This document shows positions 42,736 through 53,065 of a stretch of DNA of 64,000 bases, one piece after another (positions within the stretch are counted from its first letter, which is position 1; each line of letters begins with the position of its first letter). The position numbers were made by a program, and so were the translations under genes. The stretch covers positions 420 to 64,419 of IMG/VR virus record IMGVR_UViG_3300031949_000029. One strand, 5' to 3'. Under the pieces are notes generated by a model that was not told the DNA's origin, did not search any database, and worked only from the letters and a program-made list of their open reading frames with translations. This DNA comes from a virus.

Positions 42736-43363
42736 GGACAGCTTTCATACGGCGCCTGGCTGGCGAGACGTGGGGATGGAGATTAGCTGTGTCCCAGACG
42801 CGGTGTACCCGTGGGGAGCAGCTGAGCTGAAGCAGATCTGGGCCTGGGATCCAGGGGTAGTGCCCCTCTGGGTCCGTTGGGCCTTTTTGAAGGCAGCAGA
42901 CGAGGGAGGGGGGCTAGTAGTGTTTAGAAGGCATGCGATTGGCCGCCATGTGAAGAATCCACATGGGGATATGACGTTGCATAACGTCCAGATGCCTAGC
43001 ATGCCTTGTCAAGGGGTGAAGTTCGAGCGCCCTAATCAAATAGAGTTGATCCTGATGGGGGAGACCTTGGGTGACGTACCTGGGGAATTCTTGCCTTGGG
43101 GGCCATGGCTAGTGCAGAAGCTTCGGACCTTATATCGGGAGCTACATCCAAAGGAGCTTAAGCGAGAGCTATTGGATGTGCCTTGGGAGGCTGCGGCCAG
43201 AAGGAAACAGCAGGCTAGGGCGGAAGATGCTTACAGAAAGCGAGACCTAGACCGATATATCACGAGAAAGCTAAAAGACGTCAGTGAGATCGAGGCCAGG
43301 GAATGGTTCCTTGGTGACCTAGCTGATGGACTACCTACCAGCAAAAGGGCATGGAGTATTTAA
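42647..43363 (+). CDS. Hypothetical protein (morphogenesis module)
   Basis: 238-aa ORF. Confidence 0.5.
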   Translation: MLVAQELQALLTAAEQQKVQQVSTVQRPIRDSFHTAPGWRDVGMEISCVPDAVYPWGAAELKQIWAWDPGVVPLWVRWAFLKAADEGGGLVVFRRHAIGRHVKNPHGDMTLHNVQMPSMPCQGVKFERPNQIELILMGETLGDVPGEFLPWGPWLVQKLRTLYRELHPKELKRELLDVPWEAAARRKQQARAEDAYRKRDLDRYITRKLKDVSEIEAREWFLGDLADGLPTSKRAWSI

Positions 43364-44202
43364 TGAGCAGACAGGCGTCGATTCTGCAGCGGTTCGTAAC
43401 TGAGCCAAGGAAATTCGTGTTGTTCAATCCTACTGAGCGCCCGATCAAGCTGATGTGGCATGGAGAGACTAGAACGGTGCCGCCGAGCTACTCGGCGCAA
43501 GAGCCACACCCAAAGTACGCTGACGTGGCGCATAGTGCTAGCTATGAAGGGGAAGACACTTTGATCCCTGGGAGCCTAGAGATCTCGGATGTTTACCAGG
43601 AAGACGAGCAGGGGCAGCTGGTTAGAGTCTGGGATGCGGAGCAGGCTGTGGTTCACTGGCTAGGGATTAATACCAGGACTGGGACTGCAGTTGGGGGTTA
43701 TGCGCAGCGGGGCCTTAGCTTACTGTCAGAGGCTCCGACGCGGCAGGAAGTTCTAGATATTCTGCGGGAGAGCCGGGACAGGGCTATGAATTGGGAAGTT
43801 AGCAGTGCCCGGCTGGTAATTGCTGAGATGGATGCTCGCAATGAGGCTAGGCGTAGAGCTGGCATGCCTGAGATTCCTGGAGGCAATGATTACAGTCAAG
43901 CTATAGCGATCCTGGCGGCCTACAATGAACAGCAGCGTGAAGTGGCTAGGCGAGTGGTAGCTGAGTACACAGCACCGGTATCGGTAGCTCCACAGAAGGT
44001 AGCTCAAGTGTTTGCCGCCGCTGAAGCACCAGAGGAGGAAGAGGTAGTGATTCCGGAGGAGGATGCTAGTGGCAACGAGGATGTACCTGAACAGATTCCG
44101 CTGAGTCTTCAAGACAGTGGGATGCTGGCTGCTAAGGCTGAAGCCCTGTTGAATCCGCCCAGCTTGGCAGACAAGTTTCATGGACAACCGAAGAGAAGGT
44201 AA
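43351..44202 (+). CDS. Hypothetical protein (morphogenesis module)
   Basis: 283-aa ORF. Confidence 0.55.
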   Translation: MEYLMSRQASILQRFVTEPRKFVLFNPTERPIKLMWHGETRTVPPSYSAQEPHPKYADVAHSASYEGEDTLIPGSLEISDVYQEDEQGQLVRVWDAEQAVVHWLGINTRTGTAVGGYAQRGLSLLSEAPTRQEVLDILRESRDRAMNWEVSSARLVIAEMDARNEARRRAGMPEIPGGNDYSQAIAILAAYNEQQREVARRVVAEYTAPVSVAPQKVAQVFAAAEAPEEEEVVIPEEDASGNEDVPEQIPLSLQDSGMLAAKAEALLNPPSLADKFHGQPKRR

Positions 44203-44205
44203 CTG

Positions 44206-44883
44206 ATGGAAGCCGACGTGATGCTAAATACGGCTGGGAGCTATACCGAATGGATAGACCCGACCGATGCAGATTATACAGCTCGGCGCCTCTACTGGTT
44301 GCAGCTTCTCCAGGAAGTCTTCGATGAGGTCTGGAACTATAGGCCCTGGCCCTGGAAGCTGCGTAATGACCAGATAACGGTTCCGCTAGCAGATGGCTTT
44401 GAGCCGATGCCTGAGGATTACCAAGAGTTAGGTGAGCAAGGCGGGGTGTATTTAGTGGGTAGTGCTGATGGCTGGCCCTTGGAGGAAGTTTCGCCGCAGC
44501 AGATTCAAGGAGAGAGAGCTAGTGGAGCCGGAGCTACGAGCACACCTGACCACTTTGCTATCTTTGGGTTTGACGTTGCCACTGGACTTCCTCTGATCCA
44601 GCTGCCACCATTAGGTTCAGCAGTCAACCTGGACATCTGGTTCTATGCAAACCCTACGCTCTTGGTAGATGACTCTACCTCGTCTGGATTGACTGATATC
44701 CCGCTGGCTTATCATCAGACTGTGCTGCTGGCCGGGCTGGTGGCTAAGCTTAGAAGGAACAAGGGGGACGACCGAGACTGGCAAGCGCTGTTTGATAAGG
44801 GCCTCGCTTGGATGGTCACTCGGGAGAAGCCACGCAAGAACACACCAAGATCGATGCCCCGTAGTATGATTGGGCAATGGTAG
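44206..44883 (+). CDS. Putative head-tail adaptor
   Basis: Helical N- and C-termini around a beta core (WNYRPWPW...DIPLAYHQTVL); position in module. Confidence 0.5.
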   Translation: MEADVMLNTAGSYTEWIDPTDADYTARRLYWLQLLQEVFDEVWNYRPWPWKLRNDQITVPLADGFEPMPEDYQELGEQGGVYLVGSADGWPLEEVSPQQIQGERASGAGATSTPDHFAIFGFDVATGLPLIQLPPLGSAVNLDIWFYANPTLLVDDSTSSGLTDIPLAYHQTVLLAGLVAKLRRNKGDDRDWQALFDKGLAWMVTREKPRKNTPRSMPRSMIGQW

Positions 44884-44893
44884 GAGGTTGGGA

Positions 44894-45661
44894 ATGATGA
44901 ACAGATTGCTCAAGCTGGGGTTGGCTTTGGTATTGGCCATGGCCCCAGTGGTTCATGCTGACGAGGCCAACGTAGCTAGCTTCTTCTCTGCCTTCGACAT
45001 CGAAGCTACCTCGGTCACTTACTTTAGGCTGGTTGGGGAAGGTGGCAATCCTTTTGGACCACCTATCGTAGGCACTTCCAGGATTGAGACTAGTGGTTCT
45101 AGTGCTACGGTGACGGCGGTGACTGTAGGTTCCCTGCCCTTTGCTGACTTGGATAAGGGTGCTGTGATCTCGGTAACCAAGCCTGACGGGACCACTGATG
45201 TAAGGACGGTGGTGGCTAAGGCCAGTGGTGACTCGATTACGGTAGGGGTCGCGGTCGACTGGGACGTGGATGGTGGGTATAACTTCGGATTCAAGATATT
45301 GCAGAGTGGGACAGCCGCTACGGACGGCTGGATCAACGTGGCTGGGGCCTCTGAGGTTGAGGTAGTGTGGCAGTTTGATACTGATAATCTGACCTATGTG
45401 GAGTTCGTGCTTGAGGGCCTAGATGAGGTGGCAGGGAGCGAGCCACAGAATGTACATCCTGGGGACGCTGGCACCAGCACTAATTGCCCTGGTGGGACCT
45501 TTGATACTGGGTACTGCAAGTACACGACGGCAGGCAGGGCCAGCAGGACCAAGATTCTAGTTGGCTCTAAGTACAGCAAGTTGCGTGTTGGGGCTCTGAT
45601 CAATACAGACGGGGGAGCACAGTCAGTGACTGCTTATGTCAAGGTTATTCAGTGGAGGTAG
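44894..45661 (+). CDS. Putative virion protein
   Basis: Signal-like N-terminus; beta-rich body. Confidence 0.45.
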   Translation: MMNRLLKLGLALVLAMAPVVHADEANVASFFSAFDIEATSVTYFRLVGEGGNPFGPPIVGTSRIETSGSSATVTAVTVGSLPFADLDKGAVISVTKPDGTTDVRTVVAKASGDSITVGVAVDWDVDGGYNFGFKILQSGTAATDGWINVAGASEVEVVWQFDTDNLTYVEFVLEGLDEVAGSEPQNVHPGDAGTSTNCPGGTFDTGYCKYTTAGRASRTKILVGSKYSKLRVGALINTDGGAQSVTAYVKVIQWR

Positions 45662-45662
45662 T

Positions 45663-45830
45663 GTGAGACAGCTGATCAAGCCTTTTCTGGCTGGGGTAGG
45701 CGGAGTTCTGACTGCCTACCTAGTGCTGACTGCTTATAACGATCATGTGGTCCTGTGGAATATTGCACGGGCTCTGGATGCGGCCCGTCAGCAGCAGGTC
45801 AAGACGCCACCTGCTGAGGGAGGGAAGTAA
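45663..45830 (+). CDS. Small membrane protein
   Basis: One TM helix. Confidence 0.35.
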   Translation: MRQLIKPFLAGVGGVLTAYLVLTAYNDHVVLWNIARALDAARQQQVKTPPAEGGK

Positions 45831-46973
45831 ATGAAAAATCGGTGGCTGGGGGTAGTGCTGGGGGTGGTGGTGGGGTATGCCCTAGCACCCCAGCTGCCTA
45901 GAGTCTTGGCCGATGTAATCAGGGCTAGTGGGGCGGTAGGGCCTGGAGCGGGTGGTGGTGGTGGTGGTGATGGTGCAGCTACTTCAATCACAGTTGGAAC
46001 CACTACGATTACTAGCGGCACAGCGACCCGTGTCCTGTTCGATAGTGCTGGGGTGATAGGTGAGGATGCTGATTTTACATTTCTCACTGACACACTGACG
46101 GTCACTAAGCTAGCTAATGTCACGGTGCCTACCGGAGGTGCGGTCAGGACAGGAACTACCGCTTCTGATACGCTGCTGCTTCAGGCGTACGACACCGATA
46201 CCGGACCGGCCTATACGACATTCGGGACGCTCACGGCTGGGACCGCGCCGAGCCTTTCATTTGGTACGACATCGTTTACTGGTGAAACTACACTCGCCGG
46301 CGGAGCAATCCTGAACACACAGGGTGTGACGAACTCGACGCTAAATGGCTCGCTCATATTGTTTACTACCGCCGACGGACTGATCTCGTCCCATGTCACA
46401 GCGATAACTCCGGATGTTCCGGCGTTTATGACAGGGACGATTTCAAACGCCTTTCACATCTTCGAGTTCGGCGATATCGCCTTTGACTTCACTAACGCTC
46501 TCTGCGGCACTGCGGCTTGCATCAACCCGCAGTTCATCGTTCATGACAAAGATCAGAACACAACCGACTATCAGAGCCTTGGACTCTCCGGGCTGACTGG
46601 CAAGTTCACCACCACGCTGGTGTCCACCGTAGCGACAGCCGTTGTGGAGATCCCAGTAGCGGCTGAAGCGAGCACGTCCGGCGAGCTGCTCTACACGGTT
46701 CACGCGACCGATGGGGCGACGCCGCAGACGAGATCGGGGCGTGTGATTTTCAACGCGAACAATGATGGCGGCACGGAAACCTGCGTGCTCGGGACACCGG
46801 AGGAGCTGGACAACACTCCCACGGGCACGTTAACCGCGACCATCTCCTGTGTTGTGGGCCTAACCAACGTCGTGCGGTTGGCCATCGCGGCAGACTCCTC
46901 GCTCGCAGAGACCACGCTCGAGGCCTACGGAACGCTGATCCTCGTCGGCGCTGGCGAGCCGTTGCCTCAGTAG
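45831..46973 (+). CDS. Putative tail/fibre protein
   Basis: Thr/Gly-rich; composition shifts in the 3' half. Confidence 0.5.
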   Translation: MKNRWLGVVLGVVVGYALAPQLPRVLADVIRASGAVGPGAGGGGGGDGAATSITVGTTTITSGTATRVLFDSAGVIGEDADFTFLTDTLTVTKLANVTVPTGGAVRTGTTASDTLLLQAYDTDTGPAYTTFGTLTAGTAPSLSFGTTSFTGETTLAGGAILNTQGVTNSTLNGSLILFTTADGLISSHVTAITPDVPAFMTGTISNAFHIFEFGDIAFDFTNALCGTAACINPQFIVHDKDQNTTDYQSLGLSGLTGKFTTTLVSTVATAVVEIPVAAEASTSGELLYTVHATDGATPQTRSGRVIFNANNDGGTETCVLGTPEELDNTPTGTLTATISCVVGLTNVVRLAIAADSSLAETTLEAYGTLILVGAGEPLPQ

Positions 46974-46990
46974 GGGTAGAAGGTGTAGTA

Positions 46991-47341
46991 GTGGTGGGCT
47001 ATTGGTTGCTCTCTGTCCTCGATAAGATTGCAGCCAGCCTAGTTATTGCGGCACTGGGTGCTGTTCTAAAGTTCATTCATGGCTACCTGACTCGGCAAGC
47101 TCGGCTGGAGCAGAGTCTAGTGAAACTTGCCGATCTGTTCAGACGCCAAGCTGATATGCAGCATCGGCTAGCGTATCAGTTGAGAACTACTAGAGAGCAC
47201 TTCGGATTAGAAAGTGTAGGAATCCGAGACGTAGAGCGTGACATTAGACCCCTGCGCAATGTATTCTGGGCACCAGCACAAAGTAATGTGGCTGAGAACA
47301 GAGGAACCCCAGTGCCGGAGCGTATCCTCGATGGAGTCTAA
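46991..47341 (+). CDS. Putative holin-like membrane protein
   Basis: N-terminal TM segment then coiled coil. Confidence 0.35.
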   Translation: MVGYWLLSVLDKIAASLVIAALGAVLKFIHGYLTRQARLEQSLVKLADLFRRQADMQHRLAYQLRTTREHFGLESVGIRDVERDIRPLRNVFWAPAQSNVAENRGTPVPERILDGV

Positions 47342-47344
47342 GGG

Positions 47345-47635
47345 ATGGGTACAGAAGAGCCTAGCTGTAATGGCGCCATGCGAAAAGAGCTGGACTCTTT
47401 GCATAAGCGTGTCGAAGAGATCTACGAGCAGCTGAATGACAGGGTAGACCGCGTGGAAGCTAAAGTGGTTGATGTAGCGTCGGCGGTACGCGATTTGGTG
47501 GACAATGTAATCCAGGTCCAGATCGTGCTTCCAATGCTTCACCAGGGCAGACAGCTGACGAAGCTGACTGAACTTGTAGAGGGGTTGGATAATCGGCTTG
47601 ATGTGGTGTTGAGACGCGAGGATCTCCATGACTAG
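47345..47635 (+). CDS. Coiled-coil hypothetical protein
   Basis: Heptad pattern. Confidence 0.4.
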   Translation: MGTEEPSCNGAMRKELDSLHKRVEEIYEQLNDRVDRVEAKVVDVASAVRDLVDNVIQVQIVLPMLHQGRQLTKLTELVEGLDNRLDVVLRREDLHD

Positions 47636-48269
47636 CCCTGGCCGGGTGAGCCTACTGCTAGCTTTGATGTCTTTATATTCCTGCTTACTAGTGTTCGGAG
47701 GGGAAGCTATAGATATCTTTACGGTCCAGCTAAGCACCACTGGTGACTTCTGTCATGCCTGCCCCGTGGGGCCAAGAGAAGCATTAACAGCTTTACACTG
47801 TGTATCTCGGCGTGTAGATAGTGGTGACCGCCTGTTCTATAGCACGACCTGGTCCATGCTAGGCGGGTCAGCTGGATCAGCTATACCAATAGCATTCGAC
47901 ACGCGCAGGGATCTAGCGGTGCTGAAGTCTGATACAGACTTTGGTGGCTGGAACAGGCTGGCTCAGAAACAGCCGGTGGTAGGAGACCGGGTGTCGGTGG
48001 GTAGCTATCTCTGGGACAAGTGGATGAAGCCTGTGTTGGTCTGGACCACACTCAAGACAGTGATAGCAGGGAACCTGGTGTATGACAAGAATCCAGGTGG
48101 GGGATCATCTGGTAGCTGTGTGTTTGCCGAGAGCGGCGAGGTAATCGGGATCAACTATGGCTGGGTCGAGCCTACTGAAGGTAAGCCTATTGGGCTTGGG
48201 AACGCGGTGACACCCCCATGGTTTCCGATTCCTACACGCTACGTGATTGAGCTGGAGTGGAAGCAGTGA
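47628..48269 (+). CDS. Secreted trypsin-like serine protease
   Basis: Signal-like N-terminus; ALTALHCV, RDLAVLK, GGGSSGSCVF. Confidence 0.78.
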   Translation: MTSPGRVSLLLALMSLYSCLLVFGGEAIDIFTVQLSTTGDFCHACPVGPREALTALHCVSRRVDSGDRLFYSTTWSMLGGSAGSAIPIAFDTRRDLAVLKSDTDFGGWNRLAQKQPVVGDRVSVGSYLWDKWMKPVLVWTTLKTVIAGNLVYDKNPGGGSSGSCVFAESGEVIGINYGWVEPTEGKPIGLGNAVTPPWFPIPTRYVIELEWKQ

Positions 48270-48649
48270 GGATTTTGCCTGGTGTGGACAGTGCTGGGGT
48301 GCACCCTGGACTATGGGTCGCTCTTGGCGTTATAGGGCAGCTTCATAAGGAAGCCACTAGCGCTGAGATGGTAGTGACTAGCTTGCGGCGACCGTTTATT
48401 CCTGGGAAGGTAAGCAAGCATGCCCCAGAGCCAGGACTATTGGCATCGGCTGCTGACATCAGGCGTTGGGCGTTGGATGCCAAAGGGCTAAGTGTAGGAT
48501 TCTGCAAGGATTTGCAGGTTAGGTTTGGGAGCTGGCTAGGGGTTGTCCTGGAACCTGATTGGCTGACTCAAGAAGAGCAGGCTAAGTTTGGTACAACTGG
48601 GCCTCATATCCATGTACAGCTGCGAAATCTAGAGATCCCACCACTCTAG
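48257..48649 (+). CDS. Peptidase M15-like zinc peptidase (endolysin candidate)
   Basis: SKH...AADIR and C-terminal PHIHVQ (LAS-type ligands). Confidence 0.65.
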   Translation: MEAVRILPGVDSAGVHPGLWVALGVIGQLHKEATSAEMVVTSLRRPFIPGKVSKHAPEPGLLASAADIRRWALDAKGLSVGFCKDLQVRFGSWLGVVLEPDWLTQEEQAKFGTTGPHIHVQLRNLEIPPL

Positions 48650-48710
48650 GAGCCAGTCTAGGGTATACTTCCCGATGCAGGGGCTGACCCTGCTGGTAGC
48701 GGGGGTGCGG

Positions 48711-49712
48711 ATGCGTCTATGGGTGGGCTTGCTGGTCGGGGTCATGTTGGGGTGCGGTGGCGGACCGACGCCTCCAACACCTAGCCCAAGCCCACCACCG
48801 ACGCCAGCACCGACGCCCACGCCAACTCCAGAACCCCTAAGCCCACTACACATTGTTGAGAACCAGTTTTTCGACCTGGCTGGGCGTGTCGTTGAGCTGA
48901 AGTTGGTAGCTGGATGCTGTGGGCTGGAGACCGAGCCAGGAGATCGAGGTAAAGATTGGGGCTGGCCATGGGCGGATAGAGAGTTTGCTCGGCAACTAGC
49001 AGCTGCCGGAGCCAATGCAGTAGTAATCCGGCTAGGCCCTACCAAGACTGAGTCTGAAGGTGAAGTCTTTGCCACCTATGAGACGGTAGATGGTAAAGCG
49101 GATTTGGACCGCTTCTACTCTAGAGGCTGGGCTGAGCTAGCGAGCTTGGTTGCTTACTACAATAGCTTAGGAATCAGGCCAGTGGTGGATCTTATTGACT
49201 GTTGGAGCATGGCCCAGAGCAGCTATCCGCATCCATGGAGAAGGGGCGAAAACGTCCAGGGATTCGATGGCGGGCGCTGTGACATTACGACGCACGGTCC
49301 TCATCGCTACGCCGAGGAGTTTCTGAGGCAGGCAGTGCGGGTGCTTGGGAAATATGCTGTTCTCTGGACTCTAGGTAACGAAGCTTGGAAGTGCCCAAGC
49401 CGAATACAGTGGGTTCAGGGCATGTACGATATCATTCGGGACGAGGAGAGGGCACAAGGGTATGTGGTGCAGCCGATTGGGGTGAATACACAGGACGATC
49501 GGACCGAAGTGGTTGGAGACTTTGTGGACAGACACCAGGAGCAAGCCTGGGCCTGTCGAGATAAGCCCTGTGGGGTCACTGAGTACAGCACGATCACCGC
49601 CGATGAATTCTGTAGAGAGTATAGAAGGGCTGTTGAAGGAGGTGGGTTCTTCGGCCTGTGGCCAGGCGAGATGCCGACTGGGGAGTTTGAGCGGGCACTG
49701 ACCTGCTTCTAG
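48711..49712 (+). CDS. Lipoprotein glycoside hydrolase (clan GH-A / GH5-like)
   Basis: Lipobox VMLG-C, Pro/Thr linker, TLGNEAW acid/base and VTEY nucleophile motifs. Confidence 0.6.
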   Translation: MRLWVGLLVGVMLGCGGGPTPPTPSPSPPPTPAPTPTPTPEPLSPLHIVENQFFDLAGRVVELKLVAGCCGLETEPGDRGKDWGWPWADREFARQLAAAGANAVVIRLGPTKTESEGEVFATYETVDGKADLDRFYSRGWAELASLVAYYNSLGIRPVVDLIDCWSMAQSSYPHPWRRGENVQGFDGGRCDITTHGPHRYAEEFLRQAVRVLGKYAVLWTLGNEAWKCPSRIQWVQGMYDIIRDEERAQGYVVQPIGVNTQDDRTEVVGDFVDRHQEQAWACRDKPCGVTEYSTITADEFCREYRRAVEGGGFFGLWPGEMPTGEFERALTCF

Positions 49713-49721
49713 GAGTAACAA

Positions 49722-50045
49722 ATGGGGCTATTCAATAGGCGGTTTGGTGGGCTGCTAGGCTGGGCGTTGGACCTAGTGGCTAAGGCTTTTGGCAAACTAG
49801 TCAATGGGCAGCCGTTCTTCAGTAAGTACAAGGGGCCGATTGGCGGTGTGTTTCTGGCTGCATGGGCTTGGTCTTGGTATCAGGGTTGTCCTGATTTGCT
49901 CTGGGGTGCTGTTGACATAGACAAGTACACCTGGTTTCACTGTGACCAGTTCAAGAGCATCCTGTCGCATCTGGGGGCATTCTTGGTAGGCGCTGGTGTC
50001 CTTGAATCCGATAACTTCAAGAAGAATGGGAATGGCAACAAGTAA
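49722..50045 (+). CDS. Holin-like membrane protein
   Basis: Hydrophobic segments and a basic C-terminus. Confidence 0.4.
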   Translation: MGLFNRRFGGLLGWALDLVAKAFGKLVNGQPFFSKYKGPIGGVFLAAWAWSWYQGCPDLLWGAVDIDKYTWFHCDQFKSILSHLGAFLVGAGVLESDNFKKNGNGNK

Positions 50046-51267
50046 GGATCCTGGGTCTCCATTCAGGCGATTCGAATTCAGGCGTGGGACCGGTCAGTTT
50101 CCTGGGTGGACGGGAATGGAGCGTGACGCGGATCCTGGCTCGATCCCTGCCCACGCACCTAGGATGATCTTGAACGCAGTGCATCGAAGTGGCCAGCTTA
50201 TTAGTGCTCCTGGCCAAAGTCTGGTGACGCCTAGCTCACTACAAGCTGCCACAGCACACGTGAGACATGTCGTGGATCATCAACCAAAGCCAACTAAGAA
50301 CTATGTGGTGTTCGACGGGTGCCCAGGAGTAAGTAGTGGCGTTGGGTTCAGCATTGGGTCAATTGACCACGAGCAGAGCCCTTATTTCCAGAACTACAAT
50401 TACTACCCAGCTGCTGCAAGCTCTATCGTGATGGGCAAACTTGGCGGCGTGGTGCTGTTCAATGCCGATAATGTGTTGAAGCAGTTGGTGGTGATTCCAG
50501 TGCCCTTCGGGGACACCGCGATCAACTTGGGAGGAGCGACAGATCGTGTGCTTCATACCTATACAGGCTTCACTAGTATATCGGCGATTAGCCAAGATTT
50601 TGATGGAAAAGCAGCAGTGGGTCTAGATGCGGGAGCTGGAGCGTCAGCTATCTGGATCTGGGACGGGTCTGGGACACAGGCCGATTTGGCGGGGATCAAC
50701 GTGCCTCAGGGCTTTGGGAACTTCAGGGAAGTGCTGGTAGCAGGGTTCTCAGTGGCGACTGGCCATATTAGATATCGCGCTATCGGTGATCCGCCTGGGG
50801 CCTGGACGACACAGGCTGCTGCTGGCGCCGGAATGTCCAAGAAAGGGGTCAGTTACAAGGATGGGTTCTACTTTGGTGACGGGGACAGGAACGTATGGAA
50901 GTGGACAGGCCCTGGTGGGACGCTGACAGCCTTTAAGACTTTCGGGGTAGGGGCAGTGGTCACTGACGTAGCTACCTTCAATGGTTATCTGTATGTGATC
51001 TATACGCTGGCTTCTGCTGCTCTCGTTGCCCGCTATGATAACTCTAGCTGGGTCGATGTTCATAAGAGTCTGACGGCTCAGATTGCTACGATTACCGCTG
51101 GCAAGACGATTGTAGAGTACAGGGGTGGCTTGCATGTGGGAGCGATCAGATCCAGCGGAGCCAGAATCTACTCTAGCCCAGGGACAGCGACCGATGGGAC
51201 TTGGACTGAAACCATACCAGCAGGAGCGAGTGAAGCGGCTGACGTGCTTGGGTTCATGGTGAACTAA
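50032..51267 (+). CDS. Putative tail (beta-propeller-like) protein
   Basis: Repeating beta/Trp pattern; tail module position. Confidence 0.45.
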   Translation: MATSKDPGSPFRRFEFRRGTGQFPGWTGMERDADPGSIPAHAPRMILNAVHRSGQLISAPGQSLVTPSSLQAATAHVRHVVDHQPKPTKNYVVFDGCPGVSSGVGFSIGSIDHEQSPYFQNYNYYPAAASSIVMGKLGGVVLFNADNVLKQLVVIPVPFGDTAINLGGATDRVLHTYTGFTSISAISQDFDGKAAVGLDAGAGASAIWIWDGSGTQADLAGINVPQGFGNFREVLVAGFSVATGHIRYRAIGDPPGAWTTQAAAGAGMSKKGVSYKDGFYFGDGDRNVWKWTGPGGTLTAFKTFGVGAVVTDVATFNGYLYVIYTLASAALVARYDNSSWVDVHKSLTAQIATITAGKTIVEYRGGLHVGAIRSSGARIYSSPGTATDGTWTETIPAGASEAADVLGFMVN

Positions 51268-53036
51268 TGCGAATTGGGGTCACACTGGCAGATGGAGCCT
51301 CGGTTGGAGTAGATGGGAAGATCTATCGATGGTCCGCTGTTGCTAGTGTAGCTGCTGACTTTGTCGAGATCCCTTTGTCAAGCGGTGTTAATGGAATCGA
51401 TGGTCAGTATAGCTCTGATGCTTATCAGGGTAGGTTGTATGTGCTTGGGCACTCTGACAATATTTTGATCGATGAACATTTTAGGGCACTGAAGCAAGGG
51501 CTGCCAGTTCCAGCCTTGAAACCTGTGATTGCGGCTGGGTCTGGAACAGGGATTACTGCTACCGCTATAGTCGGTTACGTCAGCTATTTTGATTCCGCAA
51601 CTGGAGAGCGCTCTAGTTTGTCGGAAGCTAGTAACTCACTCTCTATCACTAACAAAGACATCGTATGGACCAATCTATCTACTACAGCGCCTGACACAAG
51701 GGTGACCGACATCGAGCTATGGCGAGAGGTAGATGGTGGTGACATCAGGTTTGTGGCTCGGCGCAATCTTGGAATCAGTACAGTGACTGAGAACGTGGCG
51801 ACACTGGCTCTGGGAGAGGTAGCTCCAGACCCATTTACACGCTTTCCACGCTGCATGATCAACAGGATGTATCACGATCGGCAGTGGATGGCTGGGGATT
51901 TGGAAAACCCAGATGTAGTTTATGGATCAGAGCTATTCTTTCCTGAGCGTTATGGGGGGCTGAATTTTAGGACTCTGCATGGAGAGCCTGTGGTGGGGCT
52001 AGGCAGGATTCGGGACCTGCTGTTTGTGGCTTGCCCAGACAGCAGCTACGTGATTCAGGGTTATGTCGAGGATGATTTGACCTTGCAGCTTAGTGACGCT
52101 GAGCTAGGAGCAGTCAACCACAATGGGATTCGCTCTATCCGAGGCAACCTGTGGATCCCTAATAACAAATCGATCTTCGTGTTCAACGGGGCCTGGCATG
52201 ATGCAATGCCAGAAGGGCACGAAGAGTGGCGCCGAGAGATGTCTAGGGATCCTGGGCTATTTGAGAAAGGGTACGGTGAGTACGACCCAGTCAAAGACAC
52301 CTACACGTTCAAGGTTAATAGCCAGAACGCACTAGACTTGCTGGTGCTGAATACTGGAGACGTACCGAATCCTAGTGGCGTGACTCTCAGGACTTTCGGA
52401 TGGAGAGCAGACGTGAGTGGAGTCCAAAGTACCTTGGGAGGAGCCTTGTCGCCCCCACAATGGAGCTTCGTGGCTAGAGGGCGTCGAGATGAATGTGCAG
52501 GGCTGGTCAGCTTGCCTAGCGGACGCCACTTCGAAGTTCTGACAGGGAGCAATGACGGGAAGATTAGACTTGAAAATGACTGGGATGATGCAGCAGATAA
52601 CAGTGATGGGTATGGAAAGCCATTCGCAGTAAGGACTGGGTGCCTGTTGATGGGCGATCCAGGTGGGAACCCTGAGGATGGCGGCAAGACGTTCCACAGG
52701 CTGATCAGCTATGTGGAGGCAGAGAATAGCAGCTGGCAGGTTAGGGCTTATGCAGGAGACGAGGAGACGTGGCAGCAAAAATGGGATAGCCCTGCAATTT
52801 TCGTCAATACACGAGCTGCCAGTCTTAAGACTTATCAGGTAACTGGCAGCACTGACGTTCTAACTGCAGTGCCGGCATCGGTACATACCGATGAGGCGAA
52901 AGTGTCGGGGCGCGGGTTGACTTACATGATCTGGGCACTCAATGCGAAGGTAGTGAAGTTTAGGGGATTTGGCGGAAGCCTTGGACCTGGGCCAGCTCTA
53001 CGTGGCTATTCGGCTAGGACGCCCGAGGAGCTGTAG
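51267..53036 (+). CDS. Putative tail hub/nozzle (P22 gp10 / T7 tubular B-like) protein
   Basis: 589 aa with DNPDVVYGSE...FPE propeller-type segment; precedes ejection-type genes. Confidence 0.5.
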   Translation: MRIGVTLADGASVGVDGKIYRWSAVASVAADFVEIPLSSGVNGIDGQYSSDAYQGRLYVLGHSDNILIDEHFRALKQGLPVPALKPVIAAGSGTGITATAIVGYVSYFDSATGERSSLSEASNSLSITNKDIVWTNLSTTAPDTRVTDIELWREVDGGDIRFVARRNLGISTVTENVATLALGEVAPDPFTRFPRCMINRMYHDRQWMAGDLENPDVVYGSELFFPERYGGLNFRTLHGEPVVGLGRIRDLLFVACPDSSYVIQGYVEDDLTLQLSDAELGAVNHNGIRSIRGNLWIPNNKSIFVFNGAWHDAMPEGHEEWRREMSRDPGLFEKGYGEYDPVKDTYTFKVNSQNALDLLVLNTGDVPNPSGVTLRTFGWRADVSGVQSTLGGALSPPQWSFVARGRRDECAGLVSLPSGRHFEVLTGSNDGKIRLENDWDDAADNSDGYGKPFAVRTGCLLMGDPGGNPEDGGKTFHRLISYVEAENSSWQVRAYAGDEETWQQKWDSPAIFVNTRAASLKTYQVTGSTDVLTAVPASVHTDEAKVSGRGLTYMIWALNAKVVKFRGFGGSLGPGPALRGYSARTPEEL

Positions 53037-53065
53037 GTGTATACTCGGTAGGGGGTTAGGGTTGA

